A stretch of 35,634 bases of DNA from Candidatus Staskawiczbacteria bacterium (GTDB taxonomy: Bacteria > Patescibacteriota > Minisyncoccia > Minisyncoccales > Staskawiczbacteraceae). The stretch is from positions 1-35,634 of the forward strand of contig CAIMDW010000027.1 in assembly GCA_903839895.1 (NCBI GenBank). The letters are read 5' to 3'. The notes under the pieces were generated by a model that was given only the letters and a program-made list of their open reading frames with translations, was not told the DNA's origin and made no database searches. Both the position numbers and the translations under genes were made by a program. How positions within the stretch are numbered: the stretch's first letter is position 1; every line of letters starts with the position of its first letter. Shown in pieces: positions 24,771-33,711 of this stretch.

Positions 24771-26371
24771 TTTAGCAATTCAATTAATTTATTTGGGACT
24801 CGGCCTTCCAGCAAAACTGCGTCGCCGGATTTGCAGAATAAAGTTATCAAGGAATAGATGTCTTGCGGTTTGTCGCACAATACGATATTCTTCTCTTTCA
24901 TCCCATTTTCCATAGCTCCTTTTTTAATACTGGCAAATTTATCTTTTGTGGTAATTATCGCCATATTGCAAACCTGTGCGATTTTTCTGCCGATTTTTTC
25001 GTGTATTTCTGCAGATTTTTCGCCAAGTTCTATGATACAAGGCATTACAACAACTTTCTTATTTGGAAAAACTGCCAAATAATCCAAATCTGCCAAAACT
25101 CCGTCGGGGTTTGAAGAATATGAAGAATCTACAATATTTATGCCGTGCATTTCCTTTTTTAAAGAAATTCCTGCTTGCTGTGGCAAAATTTTCTTGCAAC
25201 CATCGGAAATTTCGCCAAAATCCATGCCTAATTTTTTGGCAATCAAAATGGCGCCTAAAAGATTCTGTATATTGTGCTTTCCCAGAATTCTTGCGTCAAA
25301 ATGCATCATCTCACCCGATTTATCAACTGCCAAAAAGGAAATGTTTTCTTGGCGCACCGAAATGCTATCTGACCAGATATCTGAATCTAAAACATTATTC
25401 GTAAAGCTATATAAATGCTTTTTTCCTTCAAATTTCTTGTAAAGCGCTTGGCAATATTTATTGTCGCCATTTACAATTAAAACTCCGTTGTCTGGCAATG
25501 AATCAGCCAACTCTTCGCCCCCTTCAGCTGAAAGCAAGTTTTTTATTGAGCCAAATAAGGCCAAATGCTGTTCATTTACGCCCGTTACCACGCCCAAATC
25601 TGGCTTTACTATATTGCAGACTTCTTTTACTTTTCCCTTGTCATATGCGCCCACTTCGGCAATAAAAATTTGGTGCTCGGGCTTTAAATCGTTCAAAATG
25701 CAGTTTGCTACGCCAATTTCCGAATTTTGGTGCTCTTTTGTGGACAAAACTTTGAATTTTTCAGAAAGTATCGTAGTCAAAAATTCTTTTGTGGAAGTTT
25801 TTCCGTAGCTTCCCGTAATTGCAATTACCTTCAATTTTCCGGCAGATTTTATCTGCGCCATCTTTTCTCCGGCAGTTTTTAAGGTCTTATTCCTTAAAGC
25901 CACAAAAATTGGCTGCAAAACCAGCACAATTATAGAAATGATTATCGGCAACAAGATATCAAATGTTAAAAGCAAGATTGGCTGTACCAAATCTGCGGTT
26001 TTTAAAGTACTGAATAAAAATATTATCACTGCCAGGAAGCTAATAAAAACTAGAAGTGAGGTTTTTTGAGTGCGTTTTGGCTTTAAGACAGACTTTTTTA
26101 TAATTGCTCTTAAATAAATAATTGCCTGGCAGAAATAAACTATAAGCAAAACCGAGACCGCAAAATCAAAAAACGGCTTTAAAATCAGCAAAAAAAGCAA
26201 AACTATTTTTAAAATCCAAACCAAGTTTAGGAATATTTTTTTGCCTTTTTCAGTACGAAAATGATCAATAAATCTGGCAATATGATAATCTTTCAGCTGC
26301 CACAAAAAAAGCCAAAACAGGACGTATTTTAGCATCCACAAAAGCCAAAATGTATCAAGTAATATGTACAT
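24767..26371 (-). CDS. murF: MurF-like UDP-MurNAc-tripeptide--D-Ala-D-Ala ligase fused to an N-terminal polytopic membrane domain
   Basis: P-loop ITGSYGKTSTKEF at residues 185-197, NSEIGVANCIL, EVGAYDKG, TGVNEQHLALFGS. Residues 1-160 are about five hydrophobic helices rather than the usual soluble MurF N-domain. Confidence 0.8.
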   Translation of the reverse strand: MYILLDTFWLLWMLKYVLFWLFLWQLKDYHIARFIDHFRTEKGKKIFLNLVWILKIVLLFLLILKPFFDFAVSVLLIVYFCQAIIYLRAIIKKSVLKPKRTQKTSLLVFISFLAVIIFLFSTLKTADLVQPILLLTFDILLPIIISIIVLVLQPIFVALRNKTLKTAGEKMAQIKSAGKLKVIAITGSYGKTSTKEFLTTILSEKFKVLSTKEHQNSEIGVANCILNDLKPEHQIFIAEVGAYDKGKVKEVCNIVKPDLGVVTGVNEQHLALFGSIKNLLSAEGGEELADSLPDNGVLIVNGDNKYCQALYKKFEGKKHLYSFTNNVLDSDIWSDSISVRQENISFLAVDKSGEMMHFDARILGKHNIQNLLGAILIAKKLGMDFGEISDGCKKILPQQAGISLKKEMHGINIVDSSYSSNPDGVLADLDYLAVFPNKKVVVMPCIIELGEKSAEIHEKIGRKIAQVCNMAIITTKDKFASIKKGAMENGMKEKNIVLCDKPQDIYSLITLFCKSGDAVLLEGRVPNKLIELLK

Positions 26372-27121
26372 TTATATATTTTCCAGGATTTTCTCGGATA
26401 AAATTTCTGGCTGTTCTTTATTTAAGCGATGCCCCGCGCCGGGAATCACAACCAGCTTGGAATTTTTTATCTTATCGTTTATTATTTTGCCTTCCTCAAA
26501 TGGAGTGTCGGCATCTTTGTCTCCCCAAATAATTATTGTTGGAACTTTTGTAAAAGGCAGCTGAAAACCTACATCTTCACTGACAACGTTCAAATAAGTC
26601 TGTTTCATTACGCCATTAGCATAAACGTAGTCTGATTTTCGGATTATGAATTTATAAACGGCTTTCCTGAACAATGGATAATATGGCAAAAAGGAAAACA
26701 AGCCAACAACTTTTGCAATTTTTGCCGAAATCCCTTTTTTAGCGGTTTTTTTCCTTATAATTGCAGCTGAAACCAAGAACAATTTATCCACTTCCTGGGC
26801 ATGCTTTATGGCAACTTTCAAAGCCAAAGCTCCGCCAAAAGAGTGCCCCATCAAATAATAATTCCCCAAATTCAATTCTTTTGCGAATTGCTCAATCCAG
26901 GTTATGTATTTATTGGTATTCCAGGGAACTTGCAAAGGCTCTGATTGGCCAAATCCGGGCAAATCAGGCACAATTACCTTGTATCCTTTATCTGAAAGTA
27001 ACTCGGCCACTGCGGTCCATCTGTCGGAATTGGAATTCCATCCATGCAAAATCAAAAAAGGCTTGCCCTCTCCAAAAATCTGATATCTTGTCGTAATTCC
27101 GTTTATTGTTATCTCTGGCAT
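26372..27121 (-). CDS. alpha/beta-fold hydrolase
   Basis: HGWNSNSDRW, nucleophile elbow GHSFGG, and C-terminal PGAGHRL supplying the catalytic His. Confidence 0.8.
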   Translation of the reverse strand: MPEITINGITTRYQIFGEGKPFLILHGWNSNSDRWTAVAELLSDKGYKVIVPDLPGFGQSEPLQVPWNTNKYITWIEQFAKELNLGNYYLMGHSFGGALALKVAIKHAQEVDKLFLVSAAIIRKKTAKKGISAKIAKVVGLFSFLPYYPLFRKAVYKFIIRKSDYVYANGVMKQTYLNVVSEDVGFQLPFTKVPTIIIWGDKDADTPFEEGKIINDKIKNSKLVVIPGAGHRLNKEQPEILSEKILENI

Positions 27122-27124
27122 TTT

Positions 27125-28411
27125 TTATTTTATTATTTTGAATCCGCAATATTTTTGCAAAACTTTCGGCACTTTTATGCTGCCATCTTTCTGCTGGTAA
27201 TTTTCCAAAATTGCAATAAGAGGCCTTTCTGCAAGAGCTGTGGCGTCGTTTGTATGCACAAGCTCAACTTTCCCTGACTTCCTTCTAACCTTGGTCTGCA
27301 ATCGTCTGGCCTGATAATCTGTCATATAATCTGCAGTATGGGTTTCTCGATATTTATTTTGTCCTGGCAGCCAAACATTGATGTCAACGCCTCGGGCATT
27401 GGGTTTTCCAATGTCAGCAGTGCATTTTAACATAACCTCATAGGGCAGTTCCAATTGTCCCATCAAATATTCTTGGATGGCAATTAGAAAAAGATGTTCC
27501 TCGTAAGAATTTTCGGCAACTGTAAGGCTTTCCATTTCAAGCTTGTTAAATTGGTGCATTCGTAAAATTCCTTCCATATCCTTTCCGTATGTCCCGGCTT
27601 CTTTTCTGAAGCTTGTCGCGTATCCGGCATAACGTATTGGAAATTCATTTTCAGCAATCGTTTCATTCATATGCATTGTGCCTAAAACATGCTCGGCGCT
27701 TCCTTCCAACCACAAGTCCTCGCCCTCTATTTTATAGCGTTCTTCCCTTGGCTCAAGCCTGTCCATGGCCGAATAAGGTTCGGTTTTTATCATAAGCGGC
27801 GGCAAAACGGGCACAAAAGGCTTTGTGCTGACATTTAATTTGGCTTTTTTCGCAATTTTGGCCAAAATTTCCTCATTAGACAGCACATCAAACGCAAAGC
27901 GAAACATAGACAATTCCAGCAAAACAAGCGGACCTTTCAAGTAAGCAAATCTGGAACCTGCGACTTTTGCCGCGCGTTCTTTGTCAATCAAGCCCATTTT
28001 TTCCGCCAATTCCCAGTGATTTTTCGGCTCAAAACCAAAATGCGGCTTTTTCCCAACTGTTTTTATAACTTTATTTTCATCCTCGGTAGTTCCCACCGGC
28101 ACGTCTTCATACGGGATATTTGGCAATTGCAAAAGCAAAATTTGAAGCTCGGCGTCAGCCTTTTCCAACTCGGGCGCCATTGATTTTATTTTTTCTTTTA
28201 TTTCTTTCGCCTGTGCAAAAATTTCTTTGTTTTCGGTTCCGCCTCGGCTGATTTTATTCTGTTCGGCTTTCAGGGTTTCCATTTCGGTCATTATTTCCCT
28301 TTTTTTCTTATCCAAACCTAAAACATCATCGACATTGACTTCGACATTTTTATCTTTGCAGGCTTTCCGGACAACCTCCGGATTTTCCCTGATAAAATTT
28401 AAATCCAGCAT
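27125..28411 (-). CDS. serS: serine--tRNA ligase
   Basis: N-terminal coiled-coil arm and class II motif 2 FRKEAGTYGKDMEGILRMHQFNKLE. The C-terminal ...QQKDGSIKVPKVLQKY is typical of SerRS. Confidence 0.95.
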   Translation of the reverse strand: MLDLNFIRENPEVVRKACKDKNVEVNVDDVLGLDKKKREIMTEMETLKAEQNKISRGGTENKEIFAQAKEIKEKIKSMAPELEKADAELQILLLQLPNIPYEDVPVGTTEDENKVIKTVGKKPHFGFEPKNHWELAEKMGLIDKERAAKVAGSRFAYLKGPLVLLELSMFRFAFDVLSNEEILAKIAKKAKLNVSTKPFVPVLPPLMIKTEPYSAMDRLEPREERYKIEGEDLWLEGSAEHVLGTMHMNETIAENEFPIRYAGYATSFRKEAGTYGKDMEGILRMHQFNKLEMESLTVAENSYEEHLFLIAIQEYLMGQLELPYEVMLKCTADIGKPNARGVDINVWLPGQNKYRETHTADYMTDYQARRLQTKVRRKSGKVELVHTNDATALAERPLIAILENYQQKDGSIKVPKVLQKYCGFKIIK

Positions 28412-28415
28412 AGTT

Positions 28416-28820
28416 TTATTTATTTAAAATTGATGAATGAAATTTTTCGGGTTTATAGGGCTTTAATCTATCTATTTCAATATTCTCCAATCCCCTCTCT
28501 TTCAATTCTTTTTCCAAATTATCAGCATAATTGTGCTGGTCATATCCCAAGCAAATCACATCGGGCTTCAAATTTTCTATAAGCTTATAAGGATCTGTTT
28601 CGTCCCCCAGCAGCGCGTCATCAACCAAATCGCAATCTATCAAATCCCCAACCCTCTGCTCTTCGTCTTTTTTCGGCAAATTTCCCTTCAATTTTTCGAC
28701 ATTTTTATCCCTGCCGGCAACAACAATCAAGTAATCTCCGTATTCCCGAGCCTGCCTGAAAAAATCTAAATGCCCTTCATGCAGTCCGTCAAATGTCCCA
28801 AAAACCATCACCTTTTTCAT
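28416..28820 (-). CDS. cytidylyltransferase-like nucleotidyltransferase (HxGH; RibL/TagD-like)
   Basis: MKKVMVFGTFDGLHEGHLDFF is the canonical N-terminal beta-strand plus HxGH motif. I prefer the ATG at 28820, which leaves a 5-nt gap after lysS. The track start at 28862 would overlap lysS by 37 nt. Confidence 0.7.
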   Translation of the reverse strand: MKKVMVFGTFDGLHEGHLDFFRQAREYGDYLIVVAGRDKNVEKLKGNLPKKDEEQRVGDLIDCDLVDDALLGDETDPYKLIENLKPDVICLGYDQHNYADNLEKELKERGLENIEIDRLKPYKPEKFHSSILNK

Positions 28821-28825
28821 ATTTT

Positions 28826-30346
28826 CTATTGTTTTGGCTTCATTAATGGGAATATTTGGCAATCGCGCATGGGTTTATCCATTAAAAAGGCAAATAACCT
28901 TTCGGAAACTCCGAATCCGCAGGTTGGGGGCATGCCATGTTCTAGGGCTTCCACGAAGTCTTTATCGTATCTTTGGGCTTCGGCATCGCCTGCATCGCGC
29001 AATTTTTGCTGTTCTGTAAATCTTTCTGCCTGGTCTATTGGATCGTTTAATTCAGAATATCCTTTGCCCATTTCAGAGCCCGCCAAAATTACTTGGAATC
29101 TTTGGACCAGTTTTGGATTTTTTTCCATTCTTTTTGCCAATGGTTCCATTATAATCGGCACATTTATTAGGAATCCTGGGCCTGGAATGTTTTTCCTGCA
29201 ATATTTCCACAAGTTATCAATTGCGCGGGTAATATTAAAGCCATTTCGGTCATATTCAATTTTCAACTTCTGCAAAACTTTTTCTATTTCTGACAAGCTT
29301 GCTTCTTCTATGTTTACTCCCGTGTATTTTGAAATTGTGGAATTAAAATCGTATTTTTCCCATTTTTTTCCCAAGTCAACTTCAAATCCGCGGATATTGA
29401 ATTTTAAAGTCCCAAAAGCTTTCTTGGCGACATATTTGTACATTTCTTCCACTAGTTCCATGCCCTGCTCGTAATCTGTGTAGGCAGAATAACATTCCAT
29501 TTGCGTGTAATCCTGCAAATGTTCTGAATCTATTCCTTCATTGCGAAATTGCCTGCCAATTTCAAATGTTTTTTCAAATCCCGCCACCATTAACTTCTTC
29601 TGCCACAATTCGCCAGTGGAAATGCGCAAATAAACATCCATATCTAAGGCATTGTGGTGAGTTTTAAATGGCCTTGCATCGGCTCCGCCTGGAGTTGTTT
29701 CCAAAACAGGAGTTTCCACTTCCAAAAACTTTTTTTCAAGCAAAAATTCCCGCATTGCGCCCCAAAACATTGCCCGTTTCTGAATCATTTCCTTCACTTC
29801 AGGATTAAATATTATATCCAAATATCTCTTTCTTAATTTTTCTTCCACGTCTTGAATTCCATGCCATTTTTCTGGCAAAGGCAAAAGCGCCTTTGAAAGC
29901 ATTTTGTAATCGTCTGCTTCTATGGTTTTTTCGCCTCTTTTTGTTATGAATAAAGTCCCTTTTATTTCCACAAAGTCAGCAATATCAAAAACATCCAGAA
30001 AAAACTGGTAGCCTTTTTCCCCAAGCTTGTCGGTTTTTATAATTGCTTGAATTTTTCCAGTCCCGTCATTTATATCCAAAAAAGTAGCTCCCCCATGCCC
30101 TCGTTGCGCCATAATTCTGCCAGCTATCACAACTGTCTTTTTCTTAGACAAAATTCCACCCGAAAGCTTCTTGAAGTTTTCCAAAACCTCGGCAACAGAA
30201 TGTGTTCGTTTTGTCTTGGCCGGATACGCCAAAATCCCAGCATTTTTCAGCTTCTTTAATTTCTCAATTCTCGTTTGCCGTAATTCTTCAATTGTTGGCA
30301 TGAATTTGCGAGCGAGGCGAGTAAATTCACTTCGCAATTTTAGCAT
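28826..30346 (-). CDS. lysS: lysine--tRNA ligase, class II
   Basis: OB-fold N-domain, motif 2 FRNEGIDSEHLQ, motif 3 region GFGVSERL, and a length of about 500 aa. Confidence 0.95.
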   Translation of the reverse strand: MLKLRSEFTRLARKFMPTIEELRQTRIEKLKKLKNAGILAYPAKTKRTHSVAEVLENFKKLSGGILSKKKTVVIAGRIMAQRGHGGATFLDINDGTGKIQAIIKTDKLGEKGYQFFLDVFDIADFVEIKGTLFITKRGEKTIEADDYKMLSKALLPLPEKWHGIQDVEEKLRKRYLDIIFNPEVKEMIQKRAMFWGAMREFLLEKKFLEVETPVLETTPGGADARPFKTHHNALDMDVYLRISTGELWQKKLMVAGFEKTFEIGRQFRNEGIDSEHLQDYTQMECYSAYTDYEQGMELVEEMYKYVAKKAFGTLKFNIRGFEVDLGKKWEKYDFNSTISKYTGVNIEEASLSEIEKVLQKLKIEYDRNGFNITRAIDNLWKYCRKNIPGPGFLINVPIIMEPLAKRMEKNPKLVQRFQVILAGSEMGKGYSELNDPIDQAERFTEQQKLRDAGDAEAQRYDKDFVEALEHGMPPTCGFGVSERLFAFLMDKPMRDCQIFPLMKPKQ

Positions 30347-30434
30347 GATTTATCAAATATATTATTGCTGAAATTGCGTTGCGACACCTTGCTATTTATA
30401 CATAATACCAAAATTAAAAGCATAGGTAAACAGC

Positions 30435-30463
30435 TTGACGATATCAATCTATTAGTTTAAAGT
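30435..30463 (+). promoter_or_regulatory. candidate promoter of the purO-like gene, TTGACG-17 nt-TAAAGT
   Basis: TTGACG at 30435..30440, 17-nt spacer, TAAAGT at 30458..30463. About 40 nt upstream of AGGAGG and the ATG. Confidence 0.4.
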
Positions 30464-30507
30464 CTATATAAGCCTTTTAGGTGAACCCAAAAAGCAGGAG
30501 GAATATT

Positions 30508-31266
30508 ATGGATTGCTCTAAAGAAGCCCAAAAAAACCTAGAGTGGTTACGGGGAAATATTTACCCGGGACGTGGCTTGGTTATGGGCATGGATGAAACC
30601 GGAGAAAATCTGGTTCAGATTTACTGGATTATGGGACGAAGTGAAAACAGCCGGAATCGTGTTTTTAGCCACGAAGCCGGCCGAGTCTTCACCGAGGCCG
30701 CCGACCCCGCGAAGGTTAAGGACCCGAGCTTGATCATTTACAATGCAATGTGCGAGAGCCATGCCGTCGTCCCGAAATATGGATACCGTTTTTGCGCCGT
30801 AAGCAATGGATGCCAAACCGATGCAATTATCCATCAATGCGACGAGGAAGCCCCTCTGACCAGCGCAATGGCAAAATTCCACTACGAACCGGACGCGCCG
30901 AATTTCACTCCCAGAATCTCTGGCTTATGCAAAGTCAATGGAGTTGGAACTTACAGCGCTGAAATGTCAATTCTCCGCAAATCGCCCTGGACCGACGATT
31001 GTGATAGAGCGCATTACACATATTTCCATATCGCGCCAGGGTTCGGCTATTGCCTAACCACTTATTTGGGCGACGGCGACCCTTTGCCGTCGTTTCACGG
31101 CGAGCCATTGCTGATGCCGATTATCGGCAGTGAAATTGCAATCATGGCTATTTACTGGGATGCGCTCAATAAAAACAATCGCGTTTCCCTGGTTGTAAAA
31201 ATTATCCCGATATCCGGCGGACCAAGCAAGGTTCACATTGTGAACCGTTTCGAAAAAGCAGCTTAA
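30508..31266 (+). CDS. purO: archaeal-type IMP cyclohydrolase (PurO / IMP_cyclohyd family)
   Basis: Start at the ATG at 30508, preceded by AGGAGG with a 6-nt spacer. Segments YPGRGLVMG, IMGRSENSRNR, AVSNGCQTD and YEPDAPNFTPRISG align with the remembered M. jannaschii PurO (YLGRILAVG, SSRSFPNR, VSNGSHTD, YEKDELNTPRIAA). GC-rich, up to 38/60 in one line. Confidence 0.8.
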   Translation: MDCSKEAQKNLEWLRGNIYPGRGLVMGMDETGENLVQIYWIMGRSENSRNRVFSHEAGRVFTEAADPAKVKDPSLIIYNAMCESHAVVPKYGYRFCAVSNGCQTDAIIHQCDEEAPLTSAMAKFHYEPDAPNFTPRISGLCKVNGVGTYSAEMSILRKSPWTDDCDRAHYTYFHIAPGFGYCLTTYLGDGDPLPSFHGEPLLMPIIGSEIAIMAIYWDALNKNNRVSLVVKIIPISGGPSKVHIVNRFEKAA

Positions 31267-31284
31267 CAGCCGCTTCTTTTTTTT
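31257..31284. terminator. bidirectional terminator between convergent purO and PBP2 genes
   Basis: AGCAGC-ttaaca-GCCGCT (one mismatch) followed by TCTTTTTTTT. On the minus strand the same stem is followed by TTTTCG. Confidence 0.5.
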
Positions 31285-31294
31285 GCAAAAAATA

Positions 31295-33208
31295 TTATTT
31301 TGACGTAAAATACCAATTCAAAACTTCTTTGGCGACTGGCAAGGTTACAGCGCCCACGCCATTTACATTTTCTGCTGTGACTACCAGAACAATTTCAGGA
31401 TTGTCGTATGGCGCAAAAACTGATGACCAGACATTGTATTGGTCTTTCAACCCAATTTCAGCTGTTCCAGTTTTGGCGGCTACCGACACGGGCAAGCTTC
31501 GCAGAGTCCCAGACAAGCCATAACTTTCTGTAACGCCGTCTCTCATGCCTTCCCTGACAATTTGCAAATTTGCCGGGTCTATGAAATTCGACCTAATAAT
31601 TTGCGGAGAAAATTCCTGGACGGTTTTTGAAGCGTCAGAAGAAACAACCTTATTTACGATTTGAGGCTTATATAAAGTGCCTCCGTTTGCAATAGCGCAA
31701 TATGCCGAGGCAACCTGCAAAGGAGTCGTCTGTAAATCTGATTGTCCGATAGAAAGGTTGTAAGTATCGCCAAGCACCCAAGAGCTTCCTTTTGTGGATT
31801 TTTTCCAGGCCCTATCAGGAATAAATCCTGAAAATTCGCCAGGCAAATCAATGCCGGTTTTCTGGTTCCAGCCGAAAAGCGAAAGATATTTCTTAATCAA
31901 ATCAGGCCCAAGGCCTTTTTGCCCTTCATATCCCCCGCCTACTGTATAAAAATAAATGTTTGAAGAAACTGCAATGGCTTTTCTCATATCAACCATTCCA
32001 TGAGGTTTTACCCCTCCAAACCGGTAAGTTACGCTTGGGTCGTACTGGCTGCGGACTAAAATATACCCCGGATCATTTATTTCCTTTTCAGGAGAAATTA
32101 TTTTTTCTTGCAAAGCTGCGGAAGCTTCAAACGGCTTTATGGTAGAGCCTGTAGGATATTTTGCAGAAATTACCCTGTCAAAAAGAGGCTGGGAAGGGTC
32201 GCCAATCAAGGTTTTATAATCAGCCTGCGAAATTCCTCCTGAAAACAAATTGTCGTCGTATGATGGATAAGAAACCAAAGCCAAAATGGCTCCTGTGCGC
32301 GGATCCATAGCCACAGCAGCGCCTTTTTTAGCGTTCATTTTTTGGAATGTTGCTGACATTGCGTCGTAAAGATGCTGTTGCAAGTCGGCATCTATATTCA
32401 GCACTAAATTTTCGCCTGACTGGGGTTGGACCGAAACGCCGTTTGGAGAATTCGGATCGGACTTTGAAGTTTTCAGCTGGCCGGGAACTCCGCGCAAATA
32501 GTCTTCATAATATTGCTCAAGTCCGGTTTTTCCAATGTAGTCATTTATAGAATATCCATTTGAAACTCCATATTCATCGCTGTTTATCCGGCCAGTATAA
32601 CCTAAAACCTGCGAAAAAACCGGGCCGTAAACATATTCTCTGGCGGCATTTTGCTGGAGCTTGCAGCCCGCAAAATCATTTATTTTTGACTCGACCAGCA
32701 AAAGCTTTTCGTGGTCCATGTTATTTGCCACCAAAACTTGCGACGCGCTTGCGTTTTGAATTTTTTGAGTTATATCTTGCGCTCCTATTCCTAAAGTATC
32801 GGCAATTTCCTGGGTTTCTTTTGAAATTTCAGCTGAAGAATATGTGAAGCTTGACCTGTCGCAAACCAAATCATAAGCGGGCGAATTTACCACAAGCTTT
32901 TTCATATTCTTGTCGTAAATTATGCCTCGGGGAGGAATAATCAGGTTTACCGAGCCTTTATTATTTTCTGCTTCGGTAAGCAATTTTTTGCCAAGGAAAA
33001 TTTGGAAATATGCGGTCCTTAAGAATAGAATAGCGGTCAAAACAAAAAAAGTTCCGAATAATACATAGGAAATTTTTTCTTTAAGCGGAACTTCAAACTT
33101 TTTTTCGGACAATCCCAGCTCTTCTTCTTTCACTTGGGCAAGCTTGTCTAAAAAAACTTCGTGCGGTTCTATGTCTGAAAATGAATTTTTTAGCCGGTAT
33201 GTTTTCAT
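31295..33208 (-). CDS. mrdA: penicillin-binding protein 2 (elongasome transpeptidase)
   Basis: N-terminal TM, SxxK STIKPF, SxN SSN, KTG KTGTA. Lies directly downstream of mreC-mreD. Confidence 0.9.
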   Translation of the reverse strand: MKTYRLKNSFSDIEPHEVFLDKLAQVKEEELGLSEKKFEVPLKEKISYVLFGTFFVLTAILFLRTAYFQIFLGKKLLTEAENNKGSVNLIIPPRGIIYDKNMKKLVVNSPAYDLVCDRSSFTYSSAEISKETQEIADTLGIGAQDITQKIQNASASQVLVANNMDHEKLLLVESKINDFAGCKLQQNAAREYVYGPVFSQVLGYTGRINSDEYGVSNGYSINDYIGKTGLEQYYEDYLRGVPGQLKTSKSDPNSPNGVSVQPQSGENLVLNIDADLQQHLYDAMSATFQKMNAKKGAAVAMDPRTGAILALVSYPSYDDNLFSGGISQADYKTLIGDPSQPLFDRVISAKYPTGSTIKPFEASAALQEKIISPEKEINDPGYILVRSQYDPSVTYRFGGVKPHGMVDMRKAIAVSSNIYFYTVGGGYEGQKGLGPDLIKKYLSLFGWNQKTGIDLPGEFSGFIPDRAWKKSTKGSSWVLGDTYNLSIGQSDLQTTPLQVASAYCAIANGGTLYKPQIVNKVVSSDASKTVQEFSPQIIRSNFIDPANLQIVREGMRDGVTESYGLSGTLRSLPVSVAAKTGTAEIGLKDQYNVWSSVFAPYDNPEIVLVVTAENVNGVGAVTLPVAKEVLNWYFTSK

Positions 33209-33711
33209 TTGTTAAATAATGACAACTGGCGGTTGTCTTCAGGATTGAAATATTTCTTATAAAAATAAAATAACACTGCAGCCAAAATTATATCATATAT
33301 TATGCTAAAAACCATATCGGAAGGCATTTTGGTTGCGAATGCCAGCAAAAATTTATATGCTGCCAGAAAAATTGCAAAAAGCGGGGCAAAATACAAGAAT
33401 GGATAATTGTCTGACGAATTTTGCAAAAGGTTTTGGGTTTTTTTTATCAGCAAACCGAAAATACCCAGCAGAACTATGGAAGGTCCGAGATTTGCGGCAG
33501 AAAATATGTCCAAGAAAAATCCTGCTGACAAGCCCAGGATAAAAGATGAAAAATAAGCGCTTTTTTTCTCAAAAAATGCCAACAAAAAAAATATTATGAA
33601 AACAAGGTCGGGGTTTGCCCCGAAAAGCGCAAAATAAGAGAAAAAGCTGGTTTGCAGGAGAACCGCAACGTAAAAAAGCAAAATTGCTATGGATATTTTT
33701 TGCCAAACCAT
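33205..33711 (-). CDS. mreD: rod shape-determining protein MreD
   Basis: 168 aa, about five hydrophobic helices. Located between mreC and PBP2, overlapping both neighbours by 1-4 nt. Confidence 0.7.
   Translation of the reverse strand: MVWQKISIAILLFYVAVLLQTSFFSYFALFGANPDLVFIIFFLLAFFEKKSAYFSSFILGLSAGFFLDIFSAANLGPSIVLLGIFGLLIKKTQNLLQNSSDNYPFLYFAPLFAIFLAAYKFLLAFATKMPSDMVFSIIYDIILAAVLFYFYKKYFNPEDNRQLSLFNK

Noticed and set aside
28821-28862. Fourteen extra N-terminal codons of the cytidylyltransferase-like ORF
   Set aside because: They would overlap lysS by 37 nt. The family normally starts 3-6 residues before the GTFDxxHxGH strand, which matches the ATG at 28820. Not excluded, only less likely.
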